Source: Candidatus Poribacteria bacterium
GTDB lineage: Bacteria; Poribacteria; WGA-4E; WGA-3G
Reading direction: 5' to 3'
NCBI GenBank assembly: GCA_965205025.1
Contig: CBDBFU010000007.1
Coordinates: 166,705-230,704 of the forward strand
Length of the DNA: 64,000 nucleotides
In this document: piece by piece, positions 60,900 to 64,000 of the stretch
Position numbering within the stretch: position 1 is the stretch's first letter
Layout: every line of letters starts with the position of its first letter
Program-made: the position numbers and the translations under genes
The notes under the pieces: generated by a model
The model's input: the letters and a program-made list of their open reading frames with translations, nothing else
The model's database searches: none
Told to the model about the DNA's origin: nothing

Positions 60900-61432
60900 G
60901 TAGGTGCTGTTTCTAACTGCACTATAGGCGTCAATTTAGGATACACCTTTCGCCCCGCGAATCAACGGTATGAATGACATTTAGTCATTCCCCGGGGCTT
61001 AGTGTTTTGTGTTTATTACGTTTTCTACAAACCTTTCGCCCCGCGAATCAACGGTATGAATGCCTTATGGCATTCACCGGGGCTTGGGATATTGGTGATA
61101 ACCACTTCTATAGACATTCCGTCCCTACCAAATCAAGGAATCAACGGTATGAACGCCTTTTGGCGTTCACCGGGTATGAATGCCATTTAGGCATTCCCCG
61201 GGACTCAAAACCAATAAATCATAGTCTAAATTGACGCTAATAGTGCGATTTCCTAATCGCACTGGATCCTTCGCGAAAAACTTTATGAACGCAATTGGAA
61301 CAAACCCGGTTCGGTGAATCAACGGTATGAATGCCATTAGGCATTCCCCGGGAAACCGAACCTACCGACCTGAAATTTATAGCGTACTTCTCCTTAAATT
61401 GACGCCTATGGTGCGGTTTCCTAACCGAACCG
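60900..61432. mobile_element. Composite CATAGG-family MITE(s) with REP cargo and four 35-bp elements
   Basis: Left TIR at 60923, right TIRs ending 61242 and 61410; 35-bp elements at 60959, 61045, 61138, 61316. Confidence 0.8.
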
Positions 61433-61475
61433 AATACAATTGACTGATTTATCAAACTTACGTTATTACTTAGTA

Positions 61476-62156
61476 CTATACACCGCGTTTTTCGCCCCAG
61501 ATATCAACATGGACTCGTGGTGAAAAACGATAGCCATATTGTTTACAAAGATCAACTAACCACTCCTGTTTCTCACGCAATATTTGTGGGGTTATCCCTT
61601 GTGGCATCAACAGAATTGTTTCTGATGGTATATCAATTTCTTGCTGGAGCGTCTGTATCTCTGATAGATCTTCAGGACTATCCACAACAAACTTTACTTG
61701 GCAAGTATAAGCGTCTAAAAATTGTCTGATAACTTTCGGAGAAATGCGTTCACGCTGGTGTCGTGTGAAAAAACGATTATCTGATGGTGGATTCGAATTT
61801 TCTAATTTCGGACTCATGGATATTAAATCAGCATTCACTTCCACAAAAATCGTTGCATTCGTTTCTATTGTAATGTGATAACCTTGTTCATCTAACGCAC
61901 CACAAAGAGCAACTAATTCCTTTCCCTGAATAAACGGTTCACCACCGGTGATAACCACATGCTTGCATTCAAATTGCGAGATTGCTGCGACACTATCCTC
62001 AACTGAAATGTCTTTATTCTCTGGATTCCAAGATGTGTACGGAGTATCACACCATATACATCTTAGATTACAATAACTGGTTCGAAAGAAAACAGATGGA
62101 ACACCTATTAACTTCCCTTCACCTTGTATCGTATAAAACAATTCACTATATTTCAT
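61476..62156 (-). CDS. queE: 7-carboxy-7-deazaguanine synthase (radical SAM)
   Basis: ELFYTIQGEG, CNLRCIWCDT, TGGEP, IETN, SPK. Confidence 0.93.
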   Translation of the reverse strand: MKYSELFYTIQGEGKLIGVPSVFFRTSYCNLRCIWCDTPYTSWNPENKDISVEDSVAAISQFECKHVVITGGEPFIQGKELVALCGALDEQGYHITIETNATIFVEVNADLISMSPKLENSNPPSDNRFFTRHQRERISPKVIRQFLDAYTCQVKFVVDSPEDLSEIQTLQQEIDIPSETILLMPQGITPQILREKQEWLVDLCKQYGYRFSPRVHVDIWGEKRGV

Positions 62157-62253
62157 TACAGAATCTCACATTTTAGTAATAATGGTTAGGATAAACGGAT
62201 TCTGTCAGTATAGGAATATCTCACCCAATTTGAACCAGCTTCTATCTGAAGTC

Positions 62254-62625
62254 TTACATCTCAATAAGTTCAATTTGAACATTATCTGGACCTTTGAAAA
62301 ATGCCATCATGAGACCCGATGGTTTAAGGTCTTGAAGCTCTGCCCCTTTTTCCTGCAGCTCAGCAACAGCAGCGTCCAGATCTTCTACTGTAAAAGCGAG
62401 TTGATAAACACCCCAACGGTGGTTACCACTTGTATCTTCAACATCCATATCATCCAATTTCGGAGATAGAAAAATACGTTGTCCACCTACATCCATCCGA
62501 ACTATTTTCAATCCTCTCACGTCCACTGTATCAGTAACCTTTCCATCAAACATATTCTCATAATATTCGATTGCACTTTCAAGATCTTCACACCTAAGAT
62601 GTATATGATGAAATGTATATGCCAT
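62254..62625 (-). CDS. VOC (glyoxalase) family protein
   Basis: HHIHL, LAF.VEDLD, FF.GPD.V.IELIE. Confidence 0.88.
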   Translation of the reverse strand: MAYTFHHIHLRCEDLESAIEYYENMFDGKVTDTVDVRGLKIVRMDVGGQRIFLSPKLDDMDVEDTSGNHRWGVYQLAFTVEDLDAAVAELQEKGAELQDLKPSGLMMAFFKGPDNVQIELIEM

Positions 62626-62752
62626 AAAACACTCCTTGATTGTATTGGTTTAAATGTGATTCCTATTAGTATTCAGCATGTATTTTGACAACTCCTAAGA
62701 ACAGTGTTATTATACCATACAGGTACATAGTAGTCAATTAAAGGAGATTCTG

Positions 62753-64000
62753 GTGTTAGACAAATATACAACCATTCAATTGGATCATGTACAGCAACTG
62801 GCAGATCTACTTTCACAGCAGAATATACCAGAACTTGACATATTCGAACCAGTCGCTGATTTTGAAGAACTCCTTGAATTTGTAAATATACATCCCACAC
62901 CTATTCAGCTATCCCATGATAGAGTGTGGAAGCTTGAATCAGTCGCTGCACGTATAATTGAAATACTTGCAATTTCTACTCATGAATCCCTGACTGAGGA
63001 GGAATGGAAATTATTATCTACCATCCTTTTAGAACACACTGAATATCTGTATACATTTCCTGATTCTAAGATTGATCGTGAAAAGTTAGTTGCTGGAGGT
63101 GTATTAGCATTAGTTGGGTGTGTATGTAGTATTTTACCTCAATCAGAACTATGGCGACTGGCTGGATATGGAAGAATTGCTTCATCTCTCATAATCGTTA
63201 ACCCCTCACCAGATGATTTACATCTTATACAACCTATTGATGTAGCACTCTCTATTGCCAATCTTCAGAATTTACCTGTCCTGGATTCCACAATTGAATG
63301 CTATAACACAATCCTAAACCGTGACTGCAGATACCAGAATTATATAGAGTTTCCAATTAGTGAAGATGATGTATTCTCATATCTTAATTTGGAAATACCC
63401 AAATTAGAGACTGTCCATGTGTCTGTGAAAGAGAATGACATTTTGGCAGCCAAATTGGCATATACAGAATTTCGTAAAGAATATGTTAAAACCACCGATA
63501 ATCCATCATCGTTAGAATTAAGTGATGACTTCTCATCTGTAAAAGCATACCTTAATTGTCTATTACAATTATCCATTAACCCAACACCCCCTATATATGC
63601 AACCACAGAACTTGCTATTGCAACAATTCTATTTCCAGAATTACGGTTCAGAGACCAACTTATCTCCCTTGCCTCTCGTAGATATAAGTGGATAATTGAT
63701 GAGTTATTCTTTCAAGATGGTTTTCATAGAGAAAGAACATTCAAATCTCAAATAGATGCAATAACCGATTTCGGCAGGTTTCTCACGTTCTACAATAGTA
63801 TGGATGATCCCCCACATTATGATTGTCTTGTGGAGTTGAAGAAACTAATAGAAAAGTCATTAGAAGCCTGTTTGTATTTATGCCGACCTGATTCATCATT
63901 CCCACCAATTGATGGTGAAGCAAACAAAAACAATACTAATGTAACTGACTTATGTAATATACAATATCTCTTACAAACCAAACGTGAAGATATTACATAC
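62753..64000 (+). CDS. Partial CDS, heparinase II/III-like N-terminal region (runs off window)
   Basis: AAGGAG RBS then GTG; frame appears open to the window end; LFPE...DGFHRERT, RPD..FPPI motifs; absent from the ORF track because it has no stop. Confidence 0.6.
   Translation, partial: MLDKYTTIQLDHVQQLADLLSQQNIPELDIFEPVADFEELLEFVNIHPTPIQLSHDRVWKLESVAARIIEILAISTHESLTEEEWKLLSTILLEHTEYLYTFPDSKIDREKLVAGGVLALVGCVCSILPQSELWRLAGYGRIASSLIIVNPSPDDLHLIQPIDVALSIANLQNLPVLDSTIECYNTILNRDCRYQNYIEFPISEDDVFSYLNLEIPKLETVHVSVKENDILAAKLAYTEFRKEYVKTTDNPSSLELSDDFSSVKAYLNCLLQLSINPTPPIYATTELAIATILFPELRFRDQLISLASRRYKWIIDELFFQDGFHRERTFKSQIDAITDFGRFLTFYNSMDDPPHYDCLVELKKLIEKSLEACLYLCRPDSSFPPIDGEANKNNTNVTDLCNIQYLLQTKREDITY

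Noticed and set aside
1-64000. tRNA, rRNA, prophage or integrase genes
   Set aside because: None recognised by eye; tRNAscan-SE and Infernal would be needed to exclude small RNAs

Overview
AT-rich bacterial chromosomal window. The gene inventory (long WD40 protein, several PhyH-type dioxygenases, LamG protein ending in a KLxxTWxxIK tail, giant Ig/lamin-tail and Big-1/YWTD/dockerin surface proteins) suggests a Candidatus Poribacteria-like genome; this assignment is inference. Housekeeping content: ggt, a glycogen cluster (GT3-like synthase, glgP, glgC) with hisB inside it, rsmI, moeB, trpS, priA, family-4 UDG, rpsB-tsf-frr-cdsA-dxr-rseP and queE. The intergenic DNA holds a nested set of small mobile elements: several REP-like hairpin families, at least six MITE families with distinct terminal inverted repeats (TIRs) and target-site duplications (TSDs), one intact IS630 whose ends sit at hairpin centres, and a ~35-bp hairpin element (GAATCAACGGTATGAATGCC-N4/5-GGCATTCCCCG, about 15 copies). 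That element has no TIR or TSD and replaces 2 target nucleotides; empty and filled site pairs are both visible in the window. An Rpn/YhgA-like nuclease gene with a probable internal start is followed by a stand-alone, locally diversified copy of its C-terminal (putative antitoxin) module, and the pair is bracketed by ~230-bp direct repeats. All calls come from reading the sequence by eye; no database searches were run.
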